NCBI GenBank assembly: GCA_023229825.1
Contig: JALNYN010000006.1
Location: 255 to 64,254, forward strand
From: Minisyncoccota bacterium
Lineage (GTDB): Bacteria; Patescibacteriota; Minisyncoccia; Phycocordibacterales; CAIJYI01
Reading direction: 5' to 3'
DNA: 64,000 nt
Shown here piece after piece: positions 28,335-37,047 of this stretch. Under the pieces are notes generated by a model. It saw only the letters and a program-made list of their open reading frames with translations, made no database searches and was not told the DNA's origin. Both the position numbers and the translations under genes were made by a program. Numbering within the stretch: position 1 is the first letter of the stretch; each line of letters opens with the position of its first letter.

Positions 28335-29054
28335 TTGAACATTAAAATAAGGTCCGAAATAGACCATGTTGCTGCGAATGTTGTTCAGTATATAATTTAT
28401 ATCGTTTTCGTTTCAAGTTTGATCGGACTTATAAACTTATTCTTTCCGACGGTTATTCCCTTCAAATTTCTTGAGACTTGGAGCTGGGGGGGCTCGCTTT
28501 CTGAAGGTCTTTTAAATTCATGGCCGATCTTTTTGTGGGCTTTTACCGCGACCGGACTAGCGGTGGTCATTACGAGAAACGAGCGTCTTGAAAATCTGTT
28601 AGCCGAAGGATATTTAAAAGAAGGAGCCATCACAAGCGTAGTGGCGGGATTTTTCGAAGAGATCGTCTTCAGATGGCTCATGTTTTTTACGGCGATAGCC
28701 ACCGCCCAGTTGATGAACTTTCTTTCATTCGGACTCGTTGAATGGTTTTATGATACCGTTGTGGCTCCATTTATCAATTTTTTGACATTCGGAGGGATCG
28801 AAAGTATTCTTTACCATCCGCTCGGCTGGTTCGTCGGCGCGGCGATGGTTACCGCTAATGGACATTTTCGCGACGGACATAAATATCTCGGAATAGTCGG
28901 TTATCTCAACTCATGGTTCATTGGATTTTTCTTCTTTTGGATCATGTTCAACTTCGGTCTTATCACCGCCATTGTCGTACATTTTCTGTACGACATGCTC
29001 ATCTTCACGGTCGGATATATCGATCGCGTTATAGAAAGGCATCAAGAAAGATGA
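28335..29054 (+). CDS. CPBP-family intramembrane metalloprotease (CAAX protease / Abi-domain)
   Basis: 239 aa polytopic membrane protein with motif 1 FFEEIVFRWLMF (EExxxR), and later HFRDGH / VVHFLYDM His motifs. Confidence 0.8.
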   Translation: MNIKIRSEIDHVAANVVQYIIYIVFVSSLIGLINLFFPTVIPFKFLETWSWGGSLSEGLLNSWPIFLWAFTATGLAVVITRNERLENLLAEGYLKEGAITSVVAGFFEEIVFRWLMFFTAIATAQLMNFLSFGLVEWFYDTVVAPFINFLTFGGIESILYHPLGWFVGAAMVTANGHFRDGHKYLGIVGYLNSWFIGFFFFWIMFNFGLITAIVVHFLYDMLIFTVGYIDRVIERHQER

Positions 29055-29139
29055 TACATTTAGGCGCCGCTATTATGCGGCGCTTTTTTATAATGGGACC
29101 GATAAACGTGACTGTCCCGAATTCCGAATTCCTATTTCC

Positions 29140-29817
29140 CTAGGCTTTATGAATAAGACCGTCAGATAAGACCACGACTCGGTCGGCAAGCGCGGCATAA
29201 TCCTGCTCGTGAGTGACCATAACTATCGTCTGTCCGTCTTTGTTCAGTTCCATGAACGAGTCGAGGACCACCCGCGAAGTTTCAATATCGAGGTTTGCCG
29301 TAGGTTCGTCCGCAAAGAGGATCTTCGGGCCACGGGCGATAGCTCGAGCGATCGAAACGCGCTGCTGTTCCCCTCCGGAAAGGGCGCTCGGAAGGTTTTC
29401 TGTTTTATGTTCAAGTCCGAGTTTCCGGAGAGCTGCGAAAGCCTTTCGTTTTGCCGGTCCCATTTCGAACCCGAGCATCAGAAGCGGGACGAGTACATTT
29501 TCGATGGCGGTAAGAGAAGGGAGCAGGGCGTAATCCTGAAAGACATAACCGAGTTCGGACAGACGAAGCTCGGTACGTTCGCTCAGAGAAAGGTCCACGG
29601 TTTCAAGACCGTCGAGCATTACAGAACCGCTGTTCGGACGATCAAGCAGCCCCATCTGATACATAAGCGTACTTTTCCCCGATCCGGATCGGCCGGTTAT
29701 TGCAACAAATTCACCCGGCGCAACATCAAAATCGATGCCTTTCAACACGGGATATTCTCCGCTTTGCGTTTTATATGTTTTCTTTAAATTGGTGATATGG
29801 ATCATATTATCTTCCAA
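29140..29817 (-). CDS. ABC transporter ATP-binding protein (MacB/LolD/FtsE-like)
   Basis: 225 aa; Walker A GRSGSGKST, signature LSGGEQQRVSIARA, Walker B ILFADEPTANLD; overlaps permease gene by 11 bp. Confidence 0.9.
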   Translation of the reverse strand: MEDNMIHITNLKKTYKTQSGEYPVLKGIDFDVAPGEFVAITGRSGSGKSTLMYQMGLLDRPNSGSVMLDGLETVDLSLSERTELRLSELGYVFQDYALLPSLTAIENVLVPLLMLGFEMGPAKRKAFAALRKLGLEHKTENLPSALSGGEQQRVSIARAIARGPKILFADEPTANLDIETSRVVLDSFMELNKDGQTIVMVTHEQDYAALADRVVVLSDGLIHKA

Positions 29818-31123
29818 GGATAGCGTCTAAGGTATTCTGGCGAACAACTATCTTTGCCGGAATATATCCTGCGATGACCGTTGAGATCATAAGAACCACA
29901 ACGCGGATCGCAACCCCGCCCCCTGTTACAGAAAGGATGCCATCGCTGAACGGGAAATTGATCGGATTCGCGTCGAAATAAGGTTTCAGAAATCCGAAAA
30001 TGACGATAAGACCGAGCGCGGAACCGATAATGCCGTAGAAGCATGCCTGAAGCACGTAAGACATCTCGATCGAAGGAGCCCGGATGCCGATGCCTTTCAT
30101 GATACCGATGAACTTTCGCCGGGTTATGGCATTCACAAAAATAATGATAAAGATCGTAATAGACGCAACAACGATACCGATGCCGCCGATGAGATTCCCG
30201 AGCAGTCCGAACGTCGCCTTCATATCTTTCAGGAATTTCGGCTGAGCCTCGACGGAGGTCTGTATCTTCGCGACGGAATCATAGCCGGCATTCAAAAGGT
30301 GATCTTTGATGTGATCCGATGTTTCCGGCCTCCCGTTTTTCTCCTTAACAGCGATCTCGTCCACATTAAGGTCGCCGCGTCCGATCAGATTCCGCAATTG
30401 GGCATCGGTCATAAAGACGCGGCTGTCCACTTCCCCGATCTTGCTTTTGAGTATTCCCTTGACGGTCACTTCCCTCGAGAAGCCTCCGACCGTGAGGCGC
30501 ACTTTCGTTCCGACTCCGACGTTCGGAAGGGTCCTCATGCTCGGCGTATCAATGGGGTTATATTTATAGAGAAGGCTTGAACCGACGAGTATCTTATCGT
30601 AATCTCCGGGGCTTAAGTACTCCCCTTCTATAACGACCTTGCTTAATCCGGTGACCGCATCTTCGCTTTCCGGATCGATCCCGGCGATCAGTGCGGACGC
30701 GCTATCGGTAATGTCGGTCGCTCGGTCTTTATTTTTGTAATTGGCTTCGATCAGTCCTCCTTCGATGTATCTTGAAGAAACGTCCCGGACCTCAGGAAGC
30801 GAATGCAAGTACTGTGAGATCTCTCGGCTTTTTTCAATATAGTTCTTCTCACGGAGACGCGAGATGATGACATCGCCGGTATAGAGCTGTTTCTGTTTAT
30901 CGACGGACCCTTCCACGAGTCCGATCAGGATACCGCTCACGAAGACCATGTTGAGAAAAGTGATCATCATCACAAAGATAATGAGCAAAGTCGTCCACCA
31001 ATTCGAACGCTTTATTTCGCGCACAGCAAGAAAAAAAGCGACGTTGACGTTCGTCAGCGCCTTCTCAAGGGAACTTTGGCGAGAAAAATGTTTATTCGCG
31101 ATAACTCGGGACTTTGGTTTCAT
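29807..31123 (-). CDS. ABC transporter permease, FtsX/MacB-like with large extracytoplasmic domain
   Basis: 438 aa; one N-terminal TM, ~250-aa extracellular domain, then 3 C-terminal TM helices typical of FtsX-like permeases. Confidence 0.85.
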   Translation of the reverse strand: MKPKSRVIANKHFSRQSSLEKALTNVNVAFFLAVREIKRSNWWTTLLIIFVMMITFLNMVFVSGILIGLVEGSVDKQKQLYTGDVIISRLREKNYIEKSREISQYLHSLPEVRDVSSRYIEGGLIEANYKNKDRATDITDSASALIAGIDPESEDAVTGLSKVVIEGEYLSPGDYDKILVGSSLLYKYNPIDTPSMRTLPNVGVGTKVRLTVGGFSREVTVKGILKSKIGEVDSRVFMTDAQLRNLIGRGDLNVDEIAVKEKNGRPETSDHIKDHLLNAGYDSVAKIQTSVEAQPKFLKDMKATFGLLGNLIGGIGIVVASITIFIIIFVNAITRRKFIGIMKGIGIRAPSIEMSYVLQACFYGIIGSALGLIVIFGFLKPYFDANPINFPFSDGILSVTGGGVAIRVVVLMISTVIAGYIPAKIVVRQNTLDAILGR

Positions 31124-31294
31124 GCAAAAAGATTAATATACTCTTTTCATTATATCGGAAAGCAAAAAGAAACACCAAGCGTAAAATACCCCATTACGCA
31201 GTGGCGTGCGCCGTGGGAAATGTTTGGTGAGTGTTGCGTTTCAAACTAGAATGAATCCTGTCCCGAATTCTCTCATATAAATTTGAATCGAAAA

Positions 31295-32227
31295 TTATTG
31301 CAAATTTAATGTTTTTTGTATAACCTTTATTTCTTCGATTTTTAATTTCGGACGATGATATTCCGATTTACGTGTTATTTCTGCGGTAATCAAAACAGGT
31401 TTTTTATAATATTCAACATAGTTCTGAGATTCCTTGCCGAATTCGGGATATGCAGTTAATAGTCGATAAGGTCTAGGGAGATCGATCGCTCGAAACCTTA
31501 AATGTTCACCTCTACTACTTTCAAGACCAACGATTTCTCCTTTAAATTTATATGAAAATCCATTTTTATATTCAGGTAGGATACGCTCATCTTCGCTTAA
31601 ATAATTTGAAAAATTGCGCAAATCTATGACGAAAGATTCTTTGTGTTTTGCGGAAATCCCCATCTCCGATACCGATTCATTTATAATTGGAGATAAAACT
31701 TTTTTATACTGATGTTCCTTAACAAGCTTATATAAACCTTTTGCATGCCTGACAGGAAGAACATTTTTTTCGTGTTCTATTGTAATTTTATTTTTCTGCA
31801 GTGATCCCCATTTGAATAATTTTACAAACGCATAGCTAAATAGAGCAAAATCAACAGGGTTTTTCGCTACATAATCATTTACCGATCTGTGAATTAATTC
31901 GGCATTTGACCAAACCATATCCGAGGTCGGTATTTTTTCTCCGACAAGTTGCATAAAATCTCGATACGCCTGCCAGTCCAAAAACGGAGCAACTGTGTGC
32001 AATTGAATAAGTAAATCTATAATAACAGATCCTTCCCTCGCGCTTTCAGCTTGAATTTGCACATCTCCCTTCATGTGCAAAACATTAATATAATTTTTGA
32101 ACAAATGGTCGATTCCAATTAAAGATTCACCAAATGCAGAAAAATCTACGCCATTGGCATTATTTGGATCCCATTTGTATCTTATTTGTAGTCTGGCTTC
32201 AATTGGTTTCATATATTTTATGTACAC
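31295..32227 (-). CDS. hypothetical protein, third gene of AT-rich RT island
   Basis: 310-aa ORF in strongly AT-rich DNA, 26 bp downstream of the preceding island gene; no recognisable motif. Confidence 0.6.
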   Translation of the reverse strand: MYIKYMKPIEARLQIRYKWDPNNANGVDFSAFGESLIGIDHLFKNYINVLHMKGDVQIQAESAREGSVIIDLLIQLHTVAPFLDWQAYRDFMQLVGEKIPTSDMVWSNAELIHRSVNDYVAKNPVDFALFSYAFVKLFKWGSLQKNKITIEHEKNVLPVRHAKGLYKLVKEHQYKKVLSPIINESVSEMGISAKHKESFVIDLRNFSNYLSEDERILPEYKNGFSYKFKGEIVGLESSRGEHLRFRAIDLPRPYRLLTAYPEFGKESQNYVEYYKKPVLITAEITRKSEYHRPKLKIEEIKVIQKTLNLQ

Positions 32228-32253
32228 AAACTATTTTATCGTCTGTCTATTTT

Positions 32254-33390
32254 TTAAAATAGAACTAAATCTGCTTTAAATTCATCGGGAAGTCCACACT
32301 GATTATTGCCTAAACATTTATTTTGTACTAAAGTAATATCTTTTTTTGTAACATTTCCCAAAAGTTCCAACACTTTGAAAAAAACATCATTGTCTTTAAA
32401 ATGATTAATCTCAAATTCTGATATAAGTTTCTTTTTAATCAACCCTTTTGTGAATTCATCACATCTACTAAAAATAAATTTTAATTTGGGTTGATCAAGT
32501 AAAAATTCGCGAGGCTTGAATCGATTCGTTCCTTCATATAAGAAATCTATAATTTCCCGGTATAACGTATTTTTTTCTTTATATTGAAAAGTTAAGCTTG
32601 AATATAGAAACCCAACGACAGATCTGCCCGAATTTAAACACAACAAAGCGTGATGTCTCTCGGGGATGACTTTCTGAACATGTCTGTCCCCCATTTGATT
32701 TGATAGTTCGTCTATTGAATCAATTATACTTATGAGAGAGGATGTTAGTTTCTTTGCGTGAGCATTAGTTTTATTTTCTGGTGCCAAGTTCAATAAATTT
32801 TTTACTTTTTTATAGTCTTCACCAAGAGACCCTGTACCATATATTTCTTCACCTGTTATCCTCCTATAAATATCAAAGGTTGCTGCTTCAATTGAAGACC
32901 TTACGCAAGTCAAAACGCCGGAATAATCTCCTTTGTCAAAGAGTTTTTGAGATTTTGCAAGTTGTTCTTTTAAAAATTTGTATTGTATTTCAATATTTTT
33001 TTCAAATTCTGCGTGCTCTCCCAATTCTAAATCATTCTTGTTCATTTCCAAAACATTGATATTTGAATCATCTCTCCTTATGAGAAAAAATATTCCTTGA
33101 ATTTCTATGCTATTGTCGCCATGAGGATACAAATCAAGAACCGCATCTAAAATTATTTTTTTATCTTCAGTACTAATACTTTTACTTTTAACAAAGGCAT
33201 CTAATGGTAGGTATATATTGAAATAAGAAATTACTGAATTCATGTAACTTCCAAATTGTCCTGTTTGTTCAACTTCACTCTTTGCTCCATTAAGAAAATC
33301 TTGCAAATCATTTCTTTTTTGCTTTTCTAGTAATTTCTTTATTATTTGTATATCTTCATTTTCCATAAAATTACGAATCGTGGGTACCAA
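32254..33390 (-). CDS. hypothetical protein, second gene of AT-rich RT island
   Basis: 378-aa ORF starting 16 bp after the RT stop; Lys/Glu-rich alpha-helical; SNQMGDRHVQKVIPERHHALL segment; no P-loop or canonical HEPN Rx4-6H found. Confidence 0.6.
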   Translation of the reverse strand: MVPTIRNFMENEDIQIIKKLLEKQKRNDLQDFLNGAKSEVEQTGQFGSYMNSVISYFNIYLPLDAFVKSKSISTEDKKIILDAVLDLYPHGDNSIEIQGIFFLIRRDDSNINVLEMNKNDLELGEHAEFEKNIEIQYKFLKEQLAKSQKLFDKGDYSGVLTCVRSSIEAATFDIYRRITGEEIYGTGSLGEDYKKVKNLLNLAPENKTNAHAKKLTSSLISIIDSIDELSNQMGDRHVQKVIPERHHALLCLNSGRSVVGFLYSSLTFQYKEKNTLYREIIDFLYEGTNRFKPREFLLDQPKLKFIFSRCDEFTKGLIKKKLISEFEINHFKDNDVFFKVLELLGNVTKKDITLVQNKCLGNNQCGLPDEFKADLVLF

Positions 33391-33406
33391 TCAATATCCC
33401 GAATAC

Positions 33407-34951
33407 CTACATTAAATCTGAATTAGCAAAAATATCAACCTCACTTGTTTTAGGAATCTTCGATATTTTCACTAACTTAGTTTTATTTATAAAGTTATTA
33501 TTATTCAACAGACCCATTAAATCAATATCCGTTATGAAATGATTACCAAAAATACTTTTTTTCTCTATTTGGGAAATGACACAACAAATCTTATCTTTAT
33601 AGTTTTTTGTCTTATCTACCTTAAAAAGACTTCTTTGTAACCAAATCTCATTATGACCAATATTGTTCATACTAAGAAGTTTCTCGTAAATACTATCGGA
33701 ATAATATTTTTGTTGCTTTTTATCTAGTTTTGGCAATAAATTAAATAGACTCACACAAACAACAGCAAAACACCTTGGGTTATTTGAAACTATATTAAGT
33801 AGAATGGTTATAAGAAGTTCAACCTCTCTTTTGTACCACTTCTTCTTTTTTTCATAAAATTTTCTCTGATTAAAATGTTGAAGCATTTTTAAAATAAAAC
33901 CGGAGTTAGGATACGATTTTGAAATATTTAGAACATCCAGCAAAAGCCTTTTAAGCTTATAAACATCTATCTCCTTATCTGTTCCGATATGATAAATTAT
34001 GTTATCTAATTTATCTTTTTTAATGGACATCAGGGTTATGTCTTCGCCAATTTCTGTCTTGTTCGTATTTAATTTAAAATTGAAGTCAGTCAAAATTTCA
34101 GATAAAATTTTTATAATTTTCTCGTTATCATTTTGTTCTTTTGTAAAAATTCTGTAGTCATCACGATACCTTATAATTTCATATTCGGTAATTTTTTCAC
34201 AGATTAATTTATCACCTAGTATCTTGTCGATATGAGTTAAGATAATTTCGGCGATAAAATCCATTAACACACTACCCTGAGGAATACCATTAGTTTGCCC
34301 ATTTTGAGTAGCACGCAACAAAAAATCTATATCATTTCCAACTAATGGCAGATCCGTTTTTTTACCTTTTGTTTGAAAGTTGTTTTTTATATTATCCTTA
34401 GCAATTTTTTTTGTGTGCAAAGCCCACGCAATGGAATGAGTATAAACTGAAGGATAACAATCCGCGATATCAAGTTTTGATATATATTTAAATTTTAGTG
34501 ATTTCTTAATGCTGTCTTTTTCGATCTCTTCTAAATATGAAAGTATTTGAGTCATTTTTTGTTTTTTGTGACTTTTCTGTTTTTTAAAAATTTGACAATA
34601 TTTTAACTTATCAACTTTGTTTTCTTGAAAATGTTTTTGAATAAGTTGCCAGTTACCCACAATGACATCAACCAGTTTAAGATAAATAATTGGATGTATG
34701 AGCTGAAATTTTCTCCACGCATATCTACCGTCTTTATTGTTGTAAATAAAGTATGAAGTCGTGTCTCCTTGGGCATTTAAAATATTAAATCCTACCTTAA
34801 ATTTACTAATTTCTTTTAAGAATTTTTTGAAATCAAAATACTCTGGTAAATCTAAATTGCAATAAGATTCAGACTCAAGAAAAAATCTTTTTGCTTCATC
34901 TTTAGTTAAATTTATAATAGGTTCTCTTTTCATGGCTGAAATTGGGTTCAA
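33407..34951 (-). CDS. reverse transcriptase of the Abi/defence-associated type (RT domain + ~200-aa C-terminal helical domain)
   Basis: 514 aa; RT motif A KLDIADCYPSVYTHSIAWAL, motif B' NGIPQGSVLMDFIAEIILTHIDK, motif C YXDD as IIRYRDDYRIF; no RNase H, integrase, maturase-X or endonuclease domain; low-GC, first gene of a 3-gene operon. Confidence 0.8.
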   Translation of the reverse strand: MNPISAMKREPIINLTKDEAKRFFLESESYCNLDLPEYFDFKKFLKEISKFKVGFNILNAQGDTTSYFIYNNKDGRYAWRKFQLIHPIIYLKLVDVIVGNWQLIQKHFQENKVDKLKYCQIFKKQKSHKKQKMTQILSYLEEIEKDSIKKSLKFKYISKLDIADCYPSVYTHSIAWALHTKKIAKDNIKNNFQTKGKKTDLPLVGNDIDFLLRATQNGQTNGIPQGSVLMDFIAEIILTHIDKILGDKLICEKITEYEIIRYRDDYRIFTKEQNDNEKIIKILSEILTDFNFKLNTNKTEIGEDITLMSIKKDKLDNIIYHIGTDKEIDVYKLKRLLLDVLNISKSYPNSGFILKMLQHFNQRKFYEKKKKWYKREVELLITILLNIVSNNPRCFAVVCVSLFNLLPKLDKKQQKYYSDSIYEKLLSMNNIGHNEIWLQRSLFKVDKTKNYKDKICCVISQIEKKSIFGNHFITDIDLMGLLNNNNFINKTKLVKISKIPKTSEVDIFANSDLM

Positions 34952-35020
34952 ACATTATTTATTTAAGAAATCCGAAACAGACACTTAATTCTTTTAAAAT
35001 CCGTACTCTACTAATTTACG

Positions 35021-35066
35021 AAAAAATCGCCTTGCAAAAGGGTCTCCTTTGCAAGGCGATTTTTTG
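35021..35066 (-). terminator. bidirectional rho-independent terminator between tRNA-Gln and the RT operon
   Basis: aaaaaatcgccttgcaaa-agggtctcc-tttgcaaggcgatttttt, perfect 18-bp stem with A-run and T-run. Confidence 0.8.
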
Positions 35067-35071
35067 CGTGC

Positions 35072-35140
35072 TGCGGGACTTGGATTCGAACCAAGATGAC
35101 GACTTTCAGAGAGTCGCATCCTACCATTAGATGATCCCGC
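35072..35140 (-). tRNA. tRNA-Gln(CTG)
   Basis: minus-strand cloverleaf gcgggat-ca-tctaatggtagga-...cgact-cTCTGaa-agtcg...cttgg-ttcgaat-ccaag-gtcccgc; 3-bp D stem typical of tRNA-Gln; no encoded CCA. Confidence 0.8.
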
Positions 35141-35146
35141 AATTTA

Positions 35147-35333
35147 TTAACTGATGACGATGACTTATGACAAAAAAAACGATGAACTGATAACTACAGA
35201 CCTTCTGACACTCTTGAACAACGATCGCTACACCAAGGACAGTCCTTTCCCCGTCGCTCACCGCTCCTCCTTAAGGACTGTCCTTGTTTCCGCTCAGTGC
35301 TTATTCCGATTCCGTTTAACTGATGACGATGAC
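35147..35333. repeat. 18-bp direct repeats TTAACTGATGACGATGAC (35147-35164 and 35316-35333) flanking a 12-bp-stem hairpin, immediately 5' of tRNA-Gln
   Basis: direct reading; between them caaggacagtcc-N25-ggactgtccttg. Confidence 0.75.
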
Positions 35334-35553
35334 ACGAACGATTACGATGACAACAGAATAGCAGATTTTTGGGAAAAAAGCGAGAGGCGTTCCCATTTTC
35401 ATAGGACTTTCGCACTTGGATGACCCTCCTTCGCTAAAGCTACGGAAGGGCAAGGATTCGCCGCCAAAATCGAGAAACGGAGCAAGGCGTACATTGGTAC
35501 GTCGACGCGAGTATCGCAGATTTTGGCAAGCAGATCGCCGAGTGCGTAAGTCC

Positions 35554-35586
35554 TATAAAAAAAGGCTCCCGCATAATGCGAGAGCC
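35554..35586 (-). terminator. rho-independent terminator of aminopeptidase gene
   Basis: minus-strand hairpin aggctctcgcattatgcgggagcct followed by ttttttta. Confidence 0.7.
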
Positions 35587-35594
35587 TGCAATGG

Positions 35595-36908
35595 CTATTC
35601 GTCGAAAATTTCGACTACTTCTCTTCCCCGCGAATAAAATGTTTTGAGCACTTTATACATGGCGTAAATATCGTTTACTCCGGCTTGTTCGCGGATGCTG
35701 TGCATCGCCCATTGCGGGGTTCCGACGTCGACGGTCAAAATGCCGACCTTCGGAGCGACGATCGATCCGATGGTGGAACCGCATGACATGTCTGACCGAT
35801 TCACGTAATTCTGATATTCCACACGGGCGATGTCGCATAAATTCGCGAAGATCGCAGCGGAATGATCACTGGTTGCGTAACGCAAATTCGCGTTGTATTT
35901 GATCACCGGACCGCCGCCGATACGAGGTGCGTGCCGCGCTTCATATTTTGCAGAGTGGTTCGGCAATACGGCATGCGCGTTATCGCAGGATATGAGGAAT
36001 GATCTTGCTATGATGCTTTCAAAATATCCTTTGCCGTTCATTTGATACATGCGCGACAGTGCATCGCCAAGAAATGATCCTGCGGCGCCTTGCGCGGATG
36101 CGCTTCCCACTTCCTCATGATCCCAAAAGGCGGCGACGACGGTCGTTTCCGGATCTTTGGTGTCGATGATCGCGGAAAGAGCCTGATAGACGGAATCCAG
36201 ATTATCCAGCCGTCCGACGCGGACGAATTCTTCATTCATTCCTGCGAGAGTGCCCAGCTGGGTATCGCAGAGGGATAAGCAAAACGAAATGACTTCTTCC
36301 CCGGGTGCGAAAAGGTCATAGAGATCACGAAGCTCAACGCCTTCCAACCCGATAGTGGCGGGCAGATCGGTTTGATTATTGATCGCGCCGTTCTCATTCA
36401 CATCGCGTTGGAGATGAACTGCCAAACCGGAAATGCTGCCGATCGGTCCGATATCCCGCAGATCGACAAGACGAGAAAACAGCTTTCCATCCTTTCGAAC
36501 AACCACGCGGCCTGCAATAGCGAGATCGCGGTCGAGCCACGTCCTCCAGACGCCGCCGCCATACGGTTCGACGCCGAGCTGCGCGCACCCGTGATGATCG
36601 TAAAGCGCGTTCGGTTTTAATCGCAAGGTCGGGCTGTCGGTATGGGCGCCGATGATCTTAAAGCCCGTTCTTTCCAGAATGTCTTCTCCGACGATAAAAG
36701 CGATGAGCGAACTGCCGCCGCGCGTCACGTAATATTTTTCGCGGCTTCGAAGTACCGGCCATGGAGCCGTTTCTCTGAGTTCGCGAAAACCTGCGGATAG
36801 AAGCCGCGCTTTCGCTTCTCGGACGGCATGAAATGGCGTGGGAGAGCTGTCGATAAATCGCAGCAAACCTTCAGCGAATGCTTTTTCTTTTGAAATTTCA
36901 ATGTCCAT
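35595..36908 (-). CDS. M18-family aminopeptidase (aspartyl aminopeptidase-like)
   Basis: 437 aa; SPTPFHAV, IIGAHTDSPTLRLKP, and C-terminal His/Asp metal ligands typical of M18/M42. Confidence 0.85.
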   Translation of the reverse strand: MDIEISKEKAFAEGLLRFIDSSPTPFHAVREAKARLLSAGFRELRETAPWPVLRSREKYYVTRGGSSLIAFIVGEDILERTGFKIIGAHTDSPTLRLKPNALYDHHGCAQLGVEPYGGGVWRTWLDRDLAIAGRVVVRKDGKLFSRLVDLRDIGPIGSISGLAVHLQRDVNENGAINNQTDLPATIGLEGVELRDLYDLFAPGEEVISFCLSLCDTQLGTLAGMNEEFVRVGRLDNLDSVYQALSAIIDTKDPETTVVAAFWDHEEVGSASAQGAAGSFLGDALSRMYQMNGKGYFESIIARSFLISCDNAHAVLPNHSAKYEARHAPRIGGGPVIKYNANLRYATSDHSAAIFANLCDIARVEYQNYVNRSDMSCGSTIGSIVAPKVGILTVDVGTPQWAMHSIREQAGVNDIYAMYKVLKTFYSRGREVVEIFDE

Positions 36909-37000
36909 ACGTTCCTCCTTTGGAACTATTTTGAGTGTGTTATTCTGACCTAGTCATAACATAAAGATTTGATGAAGGCAATTATATAAAACGAGGATTT

Positions 37001-37044
37001 ATGATATCCTCCAGCGGGAGGATCCGCCCGCTGGAGGATATCAT
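37001..37044. repeat. long perfect palindrome atgatatcctccagcggg-agga-tcc-gcccgctggaggatatcat (family R5; second copy 38826-38853)
   Basis: direct reading; both copies flank the glutamine-synthetase-family gene. Confidence 0.8.
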
Positions 37045-37047
37045 GGT

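Noticed and set aside
31124-31294. Direct repeat of the tRNA-Gln 3' end at the distal island border
   Set aside because: Only a weak 12/16 resemblance (gaatcctgtcccga vs gaatccaagtcccgc) was seen. It is too weak to call an attR, so it is mentioned only as a caveat.
35154-35423. 89-aa ORF in the tRNA-Gln upstream spacer
   Set aside because: The region is made of direct repeats and hairpins (R6 module, 18-bp repeats). The reading frame is probably accidental.
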